The translations under genes and the position numbers were made by a program. From Chiloscyllium plagiosum (lineage: Eukaryota), in contig NC_057719.1 of NCBI RefSeq assembly GCF_004010195.1, forward strand, positions 13,624,151-13,685,533: DNA of 61,383 nucleotides, given 5' to 3'. This document shows positions 22,201 through 34,887 of this stretch, one piece after another (the first letter of the stretch is position 1; every line of letters begins with the position of its first letter). The notes under the pieces are model-generated. The model saw only the letters and a list, made by a program, of their open reading frames with translations. It was not told where the DNA came from and did not search any database.

Positions 22201-24794
22201 GGAACTTAACAAGTGCTGGAGACTTGCACTGAGGCTGCTAGGCATTGACTCTGGTTGTAAAGTCAAAACCGTCTGTTCAATAGTGCAGCTATCTCTCTCC
22301 TTGATGACCACAAAAAGTATATATTAGGACACAAACGTAATGATTCTGCAGTATTTGAAACGTTCCTGTAAAGAATTCATTAGCCAGTGCAGAACTCGAT
22401 TCTCTTTGGTTCGGACCGTTTCCAGTAATAGAATGGACCTGACATTCTTCATATTGATTATAGTGGAAAAAGGCTTTGAGGGCTGTCGAGGAAATAATTT
22501 CAGAGGCACTTTCAATTCGACGCCAACTCAGCAAAGTAATGGAATACCTGACATGGGTGAAGGCAGCCATTAATCAGGGTGGCCTTTGGACAACCTTTAG
22601 AAGATGGATCCAATTGTGAACACACAAATTGGCTGCAGGTTTCACAGGATCTCGTTATTTTGAGCGTTATGATAAAGGTCAAAGTTTATTTTGTATTTCA
22701 GCATATCTGAATATTATAATAACAATTTTTGCCAGTTTGGTATCACATCAGTAGGGGAGGAGTTGCAACACAGAGATTCAATCCTTTTCCATTTTATCCC
22801 TTAATCATTGTTTTAACACTCCCACCTTTACTACAAGGTAGATTATTGCAAATCCTTTTGCTTCAATATAATGTACAGAACTAAGATTACAATTTGGTCA
22901 ACATTGATAATCAGAAGGAAATTCAGTGCAGGTGTTTAAGAAATTCTATATTACTTGGACTGCAGATAGATAGAAAATGTGAAATTTTAATGTGTGGCAG
23001 GGTGATCTAGCATAGAAAATTAACATTCAGCCATATACATTTAAGCTAATAAAACAAAATTTCTACATGTGTATTTATACAAAGTGTGAATATGTATGGG
23101 TTGCAATTTGTTGGAATTTCTCTTCACAATACTTTCTTTTGGAGGTTTTGAGCTATAGCTCATGAGCTGTTATTTGTTCATAGAGGTAAAGTTGCCATTG
23201 TCTCACTCCCTCAATAGCGAGGTTTAACCTGAGGGTCACCATGCCTCATGTGAAGGGAGACGTAGGAAAGGTGAGTCCTTCGTGGTAACTTCAGTTAGTG
23301 CAGGAATTGAACCCACACCAACTGAGCTAACTGACTCTCTATTTTGGTCATGCGCAATTTAATGTTTTCACAGCTGGCTCAAAATAATTACCAATGAAAA
23401 GGTTTAACAGCAACAAATTATATTGAGAAAGTACCATTTTCACGATGAAATGCCCCAAGGCTCTTCGGAGGAGCTGATAAAAATTGAAATAACATTGAGG
23501 TACGTATTGGATAGCATCTTCTGAGATGGTGGCATAGTTTGTGAAGAGATAATGGGGAGTAGTTCCCTGCTAGGGTAAAGTCAATCCCTCCTGGAATGGT
23601 CAGGAAGCGACTGGAGGCACCTCCAATCTCCAAACAACTAGCAAAAGCGGTTTGGCAGATTCTATTATCGTAGGTTTCCATATACTGACTTCTGGCAGCT
23701 GCAGAGTCCATTTAGCAGAACAGGAAGGGGAAAGGGCAAATTGTGGTCACAGGCAGCAGTCCCACACAGGCTCAGCAGGATGATATGGAATGTTTATATC
23801 GTGGGCATATGTACATAGTATACATTGCTCTCAACACTCATGATTGTTGCTGTTTGCTGCCTGTTTTGAGTCCCTCCAACACTGAACCTAAAGACAAATG
23901 GAGAGTTCGCCTTGTGTTGCAGAGTTGGCCTCATACCAAGTTGACAGAGTGAGAGAGAGAGAGAGAAATGGAGAACAATACTCAAGCAAAATCCCCATGC
24001 AGCCAGGAGGGAATTTTAGTGAGAAAGTGAGCGATGAAACCACCACAAAGTGTTTGAACTTGCTCCTGTTTGCCTGGAAAATTCACTCCACCAATCCATT
24101 GTGTTACAATGACGGACCAGAACCCCAATGTATTTGTAGGTATTTATTATTATTAATTCCTCAATATGTTCCCTTTCTTCAACAGGGGTCTGCTGCAGCA
24201 AGAAACAGAAAAAAGTGCATGGACATTAATTCTGTAATTCTCTGGCAAAGTCCTGAATGAAGTCCATGGAACGTTTCACCTGTAAAGTGTCAGAGAAACT
24301 TCTAAAATGGAAGACTTAACAAGAAGAGATCACAAGCTGATCTAGGAAGGTCTCCCCTCTTACAAACAAATCCCCCCTTACTGCCAAGTCCATTTTATGC
24401 TTCAAGAGTATGTGAGAAAAGAGGTTATTAATTGGCTGGAACACTGGTCTGTTTGTGTGGTTGGCTAGACATCCTGGAGTGTGGACTAAAATGTTGTGAG
24501 GAACACAGATTTGTTAACATCTGTTTTAAACACTTCTGCATGGTACATTATAAAAAAGTCTCTCATTTGGAGTGCTGAAGTTAAAAAGACTCACAACAAC
24601 AGAACTTCCTGCCAGCCTGCAAAACCCAGAATCTCAAGATTGACTGCTCATCTGACAAATGTCAATGCTACCAACAATAATCAGCACATCATCCTGTCTG
24701 CACTACAGGAATAATTCAGAGGCTGGTCCCCATCTCTTCATTTTACTTTTATCTTTTTGAACTCACCCTTTATTCTGAATCTGTGTGCACGTGC

Positions 24795-24894
24795 AATGAA
24801 ACTGAAAATGCCAGAGACACTCAGCAGGTCTGCCAATATCTGTAAAGACAGAAACAGAGTTAACATTTCTAGGCTGACACAACTTCTTCAGAAC
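24795..24894 (-). mobile_element. Penelope-like terminus fragment (family 4) with hammerhead-like motif at 24859-24894
   Basis: Minus strand GUU-CUGAAGA-...-GAAA-UG-UU-AAC. Confidence 0.65.
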
Positions 24895-25375
24895 CTGTAT
24901 ATGTGTGGTGTGTCACTATTTCTTATTTTGTTTATTAATAAATAACTCACCTCTTTTTATTATTTCAGGGAAGCCTGGTTAATTTGGCTCCTCCTTAAAT
25001 AAACGTTTGTTCGGGAAAGGTGAAGGGTCTGATTTTAAATTAACTTTGCTATGAACAATTGAGGGAGCGGGTAAATAGCTAAAGGGAACTGTCATATCAA
25101 TCCTCACACGGAGCTTTAATAGTCAAGCATCTTCCAAGATTGGACCGTGATTGGAAAAGAAAATTCACTGAGAGTCCGAGACTCCAGGTGAAACAGAGAG
25201 CTGCTTCCAATGCCCTGCTTTTGGCTCCTTTGATACCTTGGTAAGGCTGAGAAACCAAATTTAGCAAGTCTCCTGCCAGCAACCTGACTCAGAATCTCAA
25301 ATGCTCGAGCCAAGGTAATTCAACAAAAGCAGAACTGGTCTCTGCATAAAACTGGGTGCAATGACTGGTGATATA

Positions 25376-25716
25376 CAGGTACACAATCCTTTATCCAAAA
25401 TCCTTGGAGCCAGATGTCTTTCGGATTTTGGAACTTTTCGGAATTCAGAATAAATGACATTTTCTCAGTGAAATAAAAAACCTTACTGAACAGCAGACCC
25501 ACACGTGACTAGCCTGAGTGCTGAGACACATTTGATGCCTCCCAGTGCTGGGCCACACCACCACGTCACATCTGAGTGATGTGGGTCGAGTAGGTATGGA
25601 GTTGGGTCACCTGTTCGCACACCAAACAACCTTGTCATGCAAAAAAAAATCACAAAAGAACTTTGGAGTTCAGAGCTTTTCGGATTTTGGAATTTCGGAT
25701 AAAGGATTATGTACTT
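25376..25716. mobile_element. Tigger/pogo-like (Tc1/mariner) MITE
   Basis: TA-caggtacacaatcctttatcc ... ggataaaggattatgtactt-TA terminal inverted repeats, with subterminal ttcggatttt repeats as in Tigger4-type elements. Confidence 0.8.
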
Positions 25717-25718
25717 TA

Positions 25719-26483
25719 CAGCAAAAGCTGTTTTAACCAGCACCTTATGAACTGGTACGCTTGATAAACTGGCAGAAATTATATACTTCCAATACGGCAA
25801 AGTTTACTGTATTATTCTGGCAATTTACTATAGGTTTTAAATTTATTTACCTCAACATAAATATACTTGTTCAATTGAATGGTCACACAAAATGTCAGCA
25901 GTTGACTCAATTTCAAATCAATTTCTCCTCAATTACTGTGATCTATGGTGATGTCTGAGTAGTCAGTTGAGGGTGCAAGGTTTTCTCATATGGTGATGGC
26001 TAGCACGAGGGGACATAGCTTTAAATCGAGGGGTGGTAGATATAAGACATACATCCAAGATAGGTTCTTTACTCAGAGAGTGTAAGGGCGTGGAATGCCC
26101 TGCCTGCAACAGTAGTAGACTCGCCAACTTTAAGAGCATTTAAATGGTCATTGGATAAACATATGGATAAAAATGAAATAGTGTAGGTTAGATGGGTTTT
26201 AGAGTGGTTTCACAGGTCAGCGCAACAATGAGGGCCAAAGGAACTTTACTGCGCTGTAATGTTCTATGTAAGACCATCTGCTGCTAAGTTTTACTTAAGG
26301 CAAAGTTTATTATTATTTACAGCACAAATCACTTAAATAAAGTACAACAATGATGTGTACGTCATTTCTATCACATAGTGTGTGTTTTTACATTGATTAT
26401 GTGGACCTCATGATTATCCAGAATACTTGACCATCTGGCCCACTCCTGGTCTCATAGTGCTGGTTAATAAAAAGTTTGCTCTG
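25719..26483. mobile_element. Second, older Tigger/pogo-like non-autonomous element containing a CR1 3' fragment (about 25960-26270)
   Basis: Left end cagcaaaagctgttttaaccagcac; right end gtgctggttaataaaaagtttgctctg (imperfect TIR). Confidence 0.5.
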
Positions 26484-26837
26484 GTTTTAATTGATAAAAC
26501 CAAACCAAAAATCACAGCTTAGCAGCGCGCAGGTTTAGGAATGTTAGGTCAAGGATCGATGGGTTTGGATGTGTCCACAGACATGTCCTGGAATGGCTTC
26601 ACTCTGAACTAGTTCTGTTAATCCCTGCCTGAAAAGGTCATGGTGTGAAATGACTGAGTCCAGGACTTATGACCCAGGAAGAAGTCTCATTTCAGAGACT
26701 TGACCTACAGCTCAGGAATCTCAGCGGCACCATCTTGGACAGCACCCATTGCTGAGATAGGAAGAGGGGTGGGCAGTGGAACAAGGATGACTTTCAAATG
26801 TAAAATCATTGCTGACAGAAGGGCATTATCATGAAAG

Positions 26838-27589
26838 TGTGACCATGCTGCTCCTTGAACAAGGTTATGTTGTCCTTGTTTTTTTCTCAGAGGAGACGGA
26901 GGAAAGGAAGGAAGAGAGGGATTTGAACTTCAGAAATTGGCACTTAGATAGGAAGGTCAGCTTGAAAGGATGGAGATGAGGCTGAAAATAAGCTGGTCGT
27001 AAAGACACAGGTTCTGGGGTGTACAGTTTGAATGGGTTTTTGGGCCAATTTCATTATAGCTCACAGATATTGCCTCAGGCAAAAGGCTTTCAAGTTAAAA
27101 GAAAATGCTTGTCCAATGAAAGGGAATTGGCCTGTTCTCCCAGCTCAGCTTTTCTCTGGGTTAGTTTGGTTTTAGCTAACAGTCAGTTTTTTTTAAGGCT
27201 GTGGTGAAAGAAACAGCTCCATGGAAGAAGGTGTTCCCTGCTGAAACTCTCTGACATCTCTCTCTGCTGTAAGACCTTGTGTTTGATTTTACCTTTTTTG
27301 GCAAGATGTATTTGTGTGGATTGTTGCAAGAATTTTAAACAGTATCATTAAGTTGGCATGATCTGTTGGGTTTTCAGATAGGTTAAGTTATGCAGTATTC
27401 TGTTCTCTTTTGTTTGTGTTTCATTCGGTAATCTTATAAATAAATTCTATTTTGTTTAAAGTTAAGTGGTTTGACCAGCTGCATCCCTTCTGGAATATCC
27501 ATGTTACACCTGCTTAAAACAACTAGCAATGTTAGGCTCTGGGCCACTTTCCTGAAATGTTTTGAGGGGGTCTGGCCTGCTCCATAATG
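26838..27589 (+). repeat. 5' LTR
   Basis: tgtgaccatgctgc...ggtctggcctgctccataat aligns with the 3' LTR apart from a ~100-bp insertion. Confidence 0.88.
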
Positions 27590-27591
27590 GA

Positions 27592-27612
27592 TTGAGGACT
27601 CTTCGTGAGATT
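27592..27612 (+). promoter_or_regulatory. Degenerate primer-binding site, tRNA-Pro-like
   Basis: tgaggactcttcgtgagat versus the tRNA-Pro PBS TGGGGGCTCGTCCGGGAT, immediately after the LTR. Confidence 0.5.
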
Positions 27613-27729
27613 TTTTCGATAGTTCCGATTTGGGATTAGGGTTGCTGGACACAAAGGCAGCGAGTGGTAGGTTTTCATGGTTTTGTTCTGGGTAGTGAAA
27701 TTGATTGGTTAAATAGTGCCTGGGGTAGC

Positions 27730-29330
27730 AATCGCTCTTTTGGTCACCAAGAGTTTTCTGGGGGAAGAAGAAATGACTTTGGGGGCTTTACAAAAGGTGA
27801 TTAAGGCCAAGCTGCTGGAATGAGCTGACAAGGTGGGGTTGGAGCTGCCTCCTTCCATGAGGAAAGGAGAGATAATTACAGCAATAGGTCTGTATTTAAA
27901 TTTGCTGGTAACGCCATCAGAATCTTTAGAGATGGCTAAAATTCAATTGAAAATGAAGCAGCTTGAGTTAGAGGCAAAAAACAAGGAACGCACAAAGGAA
28001 ATGAAACCAAGTTACAATTAAAAGTGAGGAAAGAGAAAAAGAACAAATTGCTTTAGCAGAACAAAAATAAAACGACAGAGAAAGAGAGAGAGAAGAGAGA
28101 GAAAAAAGAGAGGGAGGAAAGGAAGGAAGAGAGGGAGTTTGAACATCAAATATTGGCACTTAGACTGAAATTCAGCTGAAAAGGATGGAGATGAAGGCTG
28201 AAGGTAAGCTTAGTGATGAAGAGAGTGAGGATGAGCAAACTCATGGTAACCAGAGGCCTGGTGGGGATCTCATAGAGTCATAGAGACATACAGCATGGAA
28301 ACAGACCCTTCCGTCCAACCTGTCCCCGCCAACCAGATATCCAACCCAATCTAGTCCCACGTGCCAGCACCCAGCCCATATCCCTCCAAACCCTTCCTAT
28401 TCATATACCCATCCAAATGCCTCTTAAATGTTGCAATTGTACCAGCCTCCACCACTTCCTCTGGCAGCTCATTCCATACACGTACCACCCTCTGCATGAA
28501 AAAGTTGCCCCTTAGGTGTCTTTGATATCTTTCCCCTCTCACCCTAAACCTACACCCTCTAGTTCTGGACTCCCAATGCCAGGGAAAGGACTTTGTCTAT
28601 TTATCCTATCCATGCCCCCCATAATTTTGTAAACCTCTATAAGGTCATCTGTTTAAATATATTCATGCATCACCTAAATTTGATGAGAAGATTGTGGAAG
28701 TCTTGTTTATCTCATTTGAAAAAGTGGCAAAACAAATGCAGTGGCCAGTGACCATGTGAGTTTTGTTGATCCAAACAAAATTTGTAGGTAGAGGTAATGA
28801 GATATTTGCATTCTAATCAGAGGAGGTATCTGGGGCGTACGAGAAGGTATGGGCTTGTATATGGGCTTGTGCCAGAAGCCTACAGACAATGTTTCAGGAA
28901 TCTAAGGATGGACCTGGCCAAACATTGAGTTTGAAAGGATCAAAGTAATTTTGTTAGGTGGATAAGGGCATTAAAAATAAAGCAAACCTATGACGCTCTT
29001 AGATAGTTATTTTGATAATTATTTTGGAGGAGTTCAAAAATTCACTTTCTAAAGTAGTGAATGGAAAAGTAGAGAGTTAAAATGGCAAGATTATCAGCTG
29101 AAATGGCTGACGATTATGAGTTCGTTCATAAATCAAAGTTTGGCTTCCAAAATCAACTTCAATCCTTTAGGGATAGAATTTGGGGCAAAGAGAAATCCTC
29201 ACGTGGAAAGGGAAAGGGCACCAGAATGTACAACCTGGTCGGAGATTGGTTAAGGAGGAAGCACCAGATCTTCAGAAACCATATAGCTGCAAAAGTAAAG
29301 GCCAGAAACAGCAGATAAAGAAGTTACAAT
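27730..29330 (+). pseudogene. gag (coiled coil plus capsid with SCAN-like C-terminal domain), broken
   Basis: PKFDEKIVEVLFISFEKVAKQMQWP (28673-28747), YGLVPEAYRQCFRNL (28860-28904), IILEEFKNSL (29018-29047). Confidence 0.8.
28271..28646 (-). mobile_element. CR1 3' fragment nested in gag
   Basis: catagagtcatagag tail; NFFMQRVVRVWNELPEEVV. Confidence 0.93.
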
Positions 29331-29978
29331 CTGAAGAGATACAGGATCTTCTCAATCTTTGATGTTGAAAGATGAGGAGAGATGTACATCTGATGGACTA
29401 TTGCCAGAAAAGGTACTAGTAATGGGAATTCATGGTGAGACAAGACTCAATTATGTAGAGTGAGGTTAGACTGTCCAGTGAAGAGTGGAGAAGTCATGGT
29501 AGGAATACTGGACAAACTCTGCTCCAGGAATACAACTTGTCCTTGCGAACAAGTTGTATTCCTGGAGCTGGTTCACAGGTAGGAATGCTGCCTACTGTGG
29601 TTGAAAAACCAGTGGAAACTCAGGCAACTGAACTATTAAAGGGTGCACATCCTGGGACTTTTCCTGACTTTCCCTAACGAGGTCACAAAGTCACCAGTTG
29701 AAACAGGAAAGGTCAAAGAGTACAGATAAGAAAGTTGAATCAGAAACCCTGTTTGATCAATTGGTTGACACAAAATAGGAACAAACAGATGACAAAGCAG
29801 ACATTTTTAGTTCAGAGAAGTTAACTGAGTTACAGCAGAAAGATGAAAAACTGAACCAATTGCATCAAAATGCATACATGGAATCCAAATGTATCCTAAT
29901 GTGTTACTAACTTAAAAATGATGTCTTAATGCAGACCATCACAGACTCAGGCAGATGAGAAATGGCCAGAAGTTCATT

Positions 29979-30091
29979 AGGCCAAGTGCTGGCAAATAGG
30001 ACTAGATTAGGTTGGGATATCTGGTCACCATGGACGAGTTGGACTGAAGGGTCTCTTTCCATGCTGTATATCTCTATGACTCTATGATTCT
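29979..30091 (+). mobile_element. Short CR1 3' tail nested in pol
   Basis: ggactgaagggtctctttccatgctgtatatctctatgactctatgattcta. Confidence 0.88.
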
Positions 30092-30099
30092 ATAAGTCA

Positions 30100-32100
30100 C
30101 ATTGCCAGCGGGTTATAGAAAGGATGTGGTTTGGATGGTGCATGAACTACCAGTAGGCAGTCATTTAGGGGTAAGAAAAACCCAAGCTAAAATAAAAAAG
30201 CATTTTTACTGGCCTGGACTACACAAGGACATAGCTGAATTTTGCCAGACATGTCATATATGTCAGGTAATTGGAAAATCATAGGCAGTAATTGAACCTG
30301 TACTTTTACTACCCATTCTTGCATTTGAGGAATCTTTTATAAGAGCCTTAGTTGACTGTGCGGGACTCCTACTTAAAACAAAAATTGGGAATCAGCATTT
30401 GTTAACAATAATGGATGTGTTCACTAGATTTCCAGAGGCCATTCCATGATGCAATATCACAGCTAAAAGGATTGTAGAGGAATTACTCAAATTTTTCTCT
30501 TGACACGGACTACCCACAGAGATACATTCAGATCAAGGGTCAAGCTTCACATCAAAATTTATCAAGGATGTTATGGATAGCCTAGGAATAAAACAATTCA
30601 AATCTACTGCGTACCATTCAGAATGTCAGGCAGCACTAGGTAGGTGGCATCTGACATTATAGCCGATGCTGAGGGCTTATAGCTAAGACTATCCAAATCA
30701 GTGGGATAAAAGATTTTTGCCATCAGGGATGCACCAAAATAATTGACTAAATTCAGTCCATTTGAATTAATTTTTAGACATGAAGTGAGAGAACTGTTAA
30801 AATTAGAGTCATAGGGTCACAGAGATGTACAGCATGGGAACAGACCCTTCCGTCCAACTTGTCCATGCCGACCAGATATCCCAACCCAATCTAGTCCCAC
30901 CTGCCAGCACNNNNNNNNNNNNNNNNNNNNNNNNNNNNNNNNNNNNNNNNNNNNNNNNNNNNNNNNNNNNNNNNNNNNNNTTATTCCATACACGTACTAC
31001 CCTCTGCGTGACAAAGTTGCCCCTTAGGTCTCTTTTATATCTTTCCCCTCTCACCCTAAATCTGTGCGCACACCAGGGAAAAGACTTTGTCTATTTATCC
31101 TATCCATGTCCCTCATAATTTTGTAAACCTCTATAAGGTCATCCCTCAGCTTCCAGGGAAAACAGCCCAGCCTATTCCCTATAGCTCAAATCCTCCAATC
31201 CTGGCAACATCCTTGTAAATCTTTTCTGAACCCTTTCAAGTTTCACAACATCTTTCCGATAGGAAGGAGACCAGAATTGCATGCAATATTCCAACAGTGG
31301 CCTAGCCAATGTCCTGTACAGCCACAACCACTGTACTCAATACTCTGATCAATAAATGCCTTCTTCACTATCCTATCTACCTGTGACTTCACTTTCAAGG
31401 AGCTATGAACCTGCACTCCAAGGTCTGTTTGTTCAGCAACACTCCCTAGGACCTTACCATTAAGTGTATAAGTCCTGCTAAGATTTGCTTGCCCAAAATG
31501 CAGCACCTCGCATTTATCTGAATTAAACTCCATCTGCCACTTCTCAGCCCATTGGCCCATCTGGTCCAGAACCTGTTGTAATCTGAGGTAACCTTCTTCA
31601 CTGTCCACTACACCTCCAATTTTGGTGTCATCTGCAAACTTACTAACTGTACCTCTTATGCTCACATCCAAATCATTTATGTAAATGACAAAAAGTAGAG
31701 GGCCCAGCACCGATCCTTGGAACTTTCAATTGATTAAAGAGAAATCGGTAAGTCAGAATTCAGAGACCACATATTTGGACTGTTTCAAATTTTGAGGAAT
31801 GATTAAATAGAGCAGGGGAATTGGCTAGACAGCATTTAAAGGTATCACAGCATACAATGAAACAGGAGGCAGACAAGAAATCAAAAATTTGCAGTTTTGG
31901 GATCAGGGTTAAGATTTTAGTGTTTCTTCCAGTGATAGGTGAATCTTTAAAAGCAAGGTTTAGTAGAAATTATCAAGTCAAAAGGAAATTGAGTGAGGTG
32001 AACTATTTACGGACACATAGAAGTCTCACAGAGTATGTCATGTTAATCTGCTCAAAAGGTATTTTGACAGGGAAGGAAAGCGAAAGGAGACTATGTTATT
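30100..32100 (+). pseudogene. Integrase (H2C2 zinc finger plus DDE core), interrupted by a CR1
   Basis: HELPVGSHLGVRKTQAKIKKHFYWPGLHKDIAEFCQTCHICQ; VDCAGLL; IHSDQGSSFT; AYHSECQAALGRWH. Confidence 0.9.
30806..31720 (-). mobile_element. CR1 3' fragment nested in integrase (N gap 30911-30980)
   Basis: LGPLLFVIYINDLD...KFADDTKIGG; very similar to the 11.7-kb copy. Confidence 0.93.
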
Positions 32101-32253
32101 GATTACAACACAGAGTGAAGAACCAAGTTCAGAGGATTCTGAATTGAACATTCCTCAAATTAAATTAGACAATGTGGAAGTTGTCAAAAAATAGAATATA
32201 TTATTGAGTTACTTTCAGAGGAAAATCGAAATGATCTGAAAGAGTTATTACTA

Positions 32254-33550
32254 TTGCATGGGGAGATTTACGGAAATAAACTGGGAAGTACTAACCTAAT
32301 TGTGCATGATGTAGATATAGGAGATGCTGTTCTGATTAAGCAATATCCTTATAGGCATAACCCTCTAAAGTTGGCACAGGTTCAGAAGGCGATAAAGCGC
32401 ATGCTCCAAAATGGCATTAATCGAAGTGAGTTACAGTGACTGGAGCACATGCATAGTCATGGTGCCAAAGCCAGATGGTACCCAATGGTTATGTGTGGAC
32501 TATCGCAAAGTCAATGCAGTTACAACGACTAGTGTACATCTGCTTCTACACTTGGAAGTCTATGTTGAAAAGGTGGGACAAGCAACTTGTATTTCTAAGT
32601 TGGACTTGCACAGAGGGTACTGGCAGGTACCTCTGTGAGAAAGAGGGAAGACAACTTTGGCTTTCATAACCCTGAATGGACTGTATTAATTTGAAGTTAT
32701 GTCATTTGGCATGAAAAATGCTCCAGCTACATTTCAGAGACTAACTAATAAGGTCATTGTCGGATTACCCATTGTGTCATATATATAGATGACCTGGGAT
32801 TTTTAATCACGCATGGAAAGAATATTTGCAACATTTATCAGAATTGTTTGATCGACTTTGGGAGGCAGGCTTGGTAATAAACGTAGCTAAAAGTGAATTT
32901 GCCAAAACCTAAGTCACCTTCCTGGGCCATGTTATTGGAGATGGACAAATGGCCCCACAGGATGGAAGAACAAGGGTAAGTGGGGAGTTTCCCATACCGT
33001 TAACAAAAAGAGCAGTATTACGGTTCCTGGGATTGAGTGGAAAATTTCATGGAAAACTATTACCAAATTTTAACAGTGTGGATGCTGCACTCACTGGATT
33101 ACTAAAGAAAGGCCAGAGGTTTCAGTGGACAGCGGACTGTCAGAAGGCATTTGACAGCCTGAAAGCTGTGTTAACCATTGCCCCAGTATTTAGCCACACT
33201 CAATTATGCAAAGCCCTTCAAGGTGGCTATCGACGCAGGTGATGTGGGTATCGGTGCTGTGCTCTTACAGGAAGACGACGAGAAGATGGAAAGACCTATC
33301 GGGTATTTCTCCAGGAAGTTGAACACTCAGCAGCAGGAATATTCAATGGTTGAGAAGCAGACTTTGATGTTGGTGTTGGCGTTACCACATTTCAGCGTTT
33401 ATGTGTTTCTGAGACAGTGATCATAACCCATTGAAGTTTGTGGAGAAATTGAAGGACAAAAATGCCAGATTGTTCAGATGGAGTTTGTTGTTAAGCCATT
33501 CAATTTGAAAATTGTGCATGTGGCAGGATGAGATTGTCGACGCATTGTCG
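32254..33550 (+). pseudogene. Reverse transcriptase and RNase H, broken
   Basis: SDWSTCIVMVPKPDGTQWLCVDYRKVN, KLDLHRGYWQVP, FGMKNAPATFQR, YIDD (32782-32793), FKVAIDAGDVGIGAVLLQ, YFSRKLN, DHNPL. Confidence 0.93.
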
Positions 33551-33725
33551 AGACTTCAATGAGAAACGGTGGCAGGAGAAAATGGATTGAAACAGAGTGT
33601 AGTGGTGCGCATCTGCATGTTTATAGGCAATATAATGTATATAAGAGCTGTAATGTACTAACATTGTGAGATTAAGAGGTTTTAAAATAAAGCCATCTTT
33701 GGATATTGATGGTTCATTTTTTCTT

Positions 33726-33738
33726 AAGGGGGGGGAGG
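33726..33738 (+). promoter_or_regulatory. Polypurine tract
   Basis: Purine run (aa, poly-G, agg) directly before the TG of the 3' LTR. Confidence 0.85.
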
Positions 33739-34056
33739 TGTGATAATGCTGCTTCTTTAACAAGGTTAAGTTTTCCTAGGCTTTTTTTCAGAACAGTCAT
33801 TAACAAACAGGTCTAGGGTGTCCAGTTTGGATGGGTTTTTGGGCCAATTTGATTATATTTAACAGATGCTGCCTCAGAAAAAGGCTTTAAAGTTTAAAAA
33901 AAACCGGACTTGTACAATGAAAAGGATGTGGCCAGTTCTCCCAGCTCAGCTTTTTCTCTGGTTTGGTTTGGTTTTAGCATGCCGTGAGTTTTTGAGGCTG
34001 CTAGTAAAAGACACAGCTCCATGGAAGAAGGTGTTCCATGTTGAAACTCTCTGTCA

Positions 34057-34093
<37 letters not shown>

Positions 34094-34412
34094 TGCAAGA
34101 CCCTATGTTTGATTTTACCTTTTTTGTCAAGGGGTGTTACTGGGGATTGTTGCAAGTATTTGGAGCTGCATCATTAAGTTGGGATGGTCTGTTAGGTTTC
34201 GGGTAGGTTAAGTTAGTCTGTATTCTGCTCTGTTTTGTTTGTGTTTCATTCGGTAATCTTGTAAATCAATTCTGTTTTGGTTAACGTTAAGTGGCTTAAT
34301 CAGCTGCATCCCTCCTGGTATATCCACTGTACACCTGCTTAAAAAAGTAGAAAAATTAGGTCTGGGCCACTTCCTTGAAATGCTTGGGAGGGGTCTGATC
34401 TGGTCCAGAACA
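33739..34412 (+). repeat. 3' LTR
   Basis: tgtgataatgctgc...tggtccagaaca, TG...CA ends. Confidence 0.9.
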
Positions 34413-34479
34413 GAAGAAAGTACCGTGGGCTTGATATCTGACGCTCTCTTTGCTTAAACAGATAATCTATTCACCGTCA

Positions 34480-34825
34480 TCATAGAATCTCTACAGTGTA
34501 GAAGTAGGCCATTCGGCCCATCAAGTCCACACCAACCCTCCGAAGACCATCCCACCTGGAACCTCCCTCTCACCCTATTCCTGTAACCCTCCATTTCCCA
34601 CGGCTGAGTCACTTAGTCTGCACACATCCCTGACTCTATGGGCAATTTCCCATGGCCAATCCACTTGACCTGCACACCTTTGAATTGTGGAAGGAAACAG
34701 GAGCACCTGGAGGAAACCCATGCAGACACGGGGAGAATGTGCAAATTCCACACAGATAGTCGCCCGAGAGTGGAATCGAACCTTGGTCCCTGGCACTGTG
34801 AGGCGGCAGTGCGAACCACTGAGCA
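34480..34825 (-). mobile_element. HE1-like SINE
   Basis: Reverse complement of the tRNA-like head, central domain and CR1-like tail. Confidence 0.88.
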
Positions 34826-34887
34826 TCATCTCTGTCTTCAAAGACTGACCTCTTACTCTTTTACTATGAACCCTAGTTTTATTGTCC

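Larger units (their letters stand above)
26838..34412 (+). mobile_element. Full-length decayed Gmr1-type Ty3/Gypsy LTR retrotransposon (gag-PR-IN-RT-RH)
   Basis: Homologous LTRs at 26838-~27589 and 33739-34412, PBS, polypurine tract, and recognisable gag, integrase, RT and RNase H motifs. Flanks aaag/gaag form an imperfect 4-bp TSD. Confidence 0.92.

Noticed and set aside
24969..25019. Exon-like segment after a strong polypyrimidine tract
   Set aside because: Stop codons in all three frames and a weak donor; no support as a coding exon.
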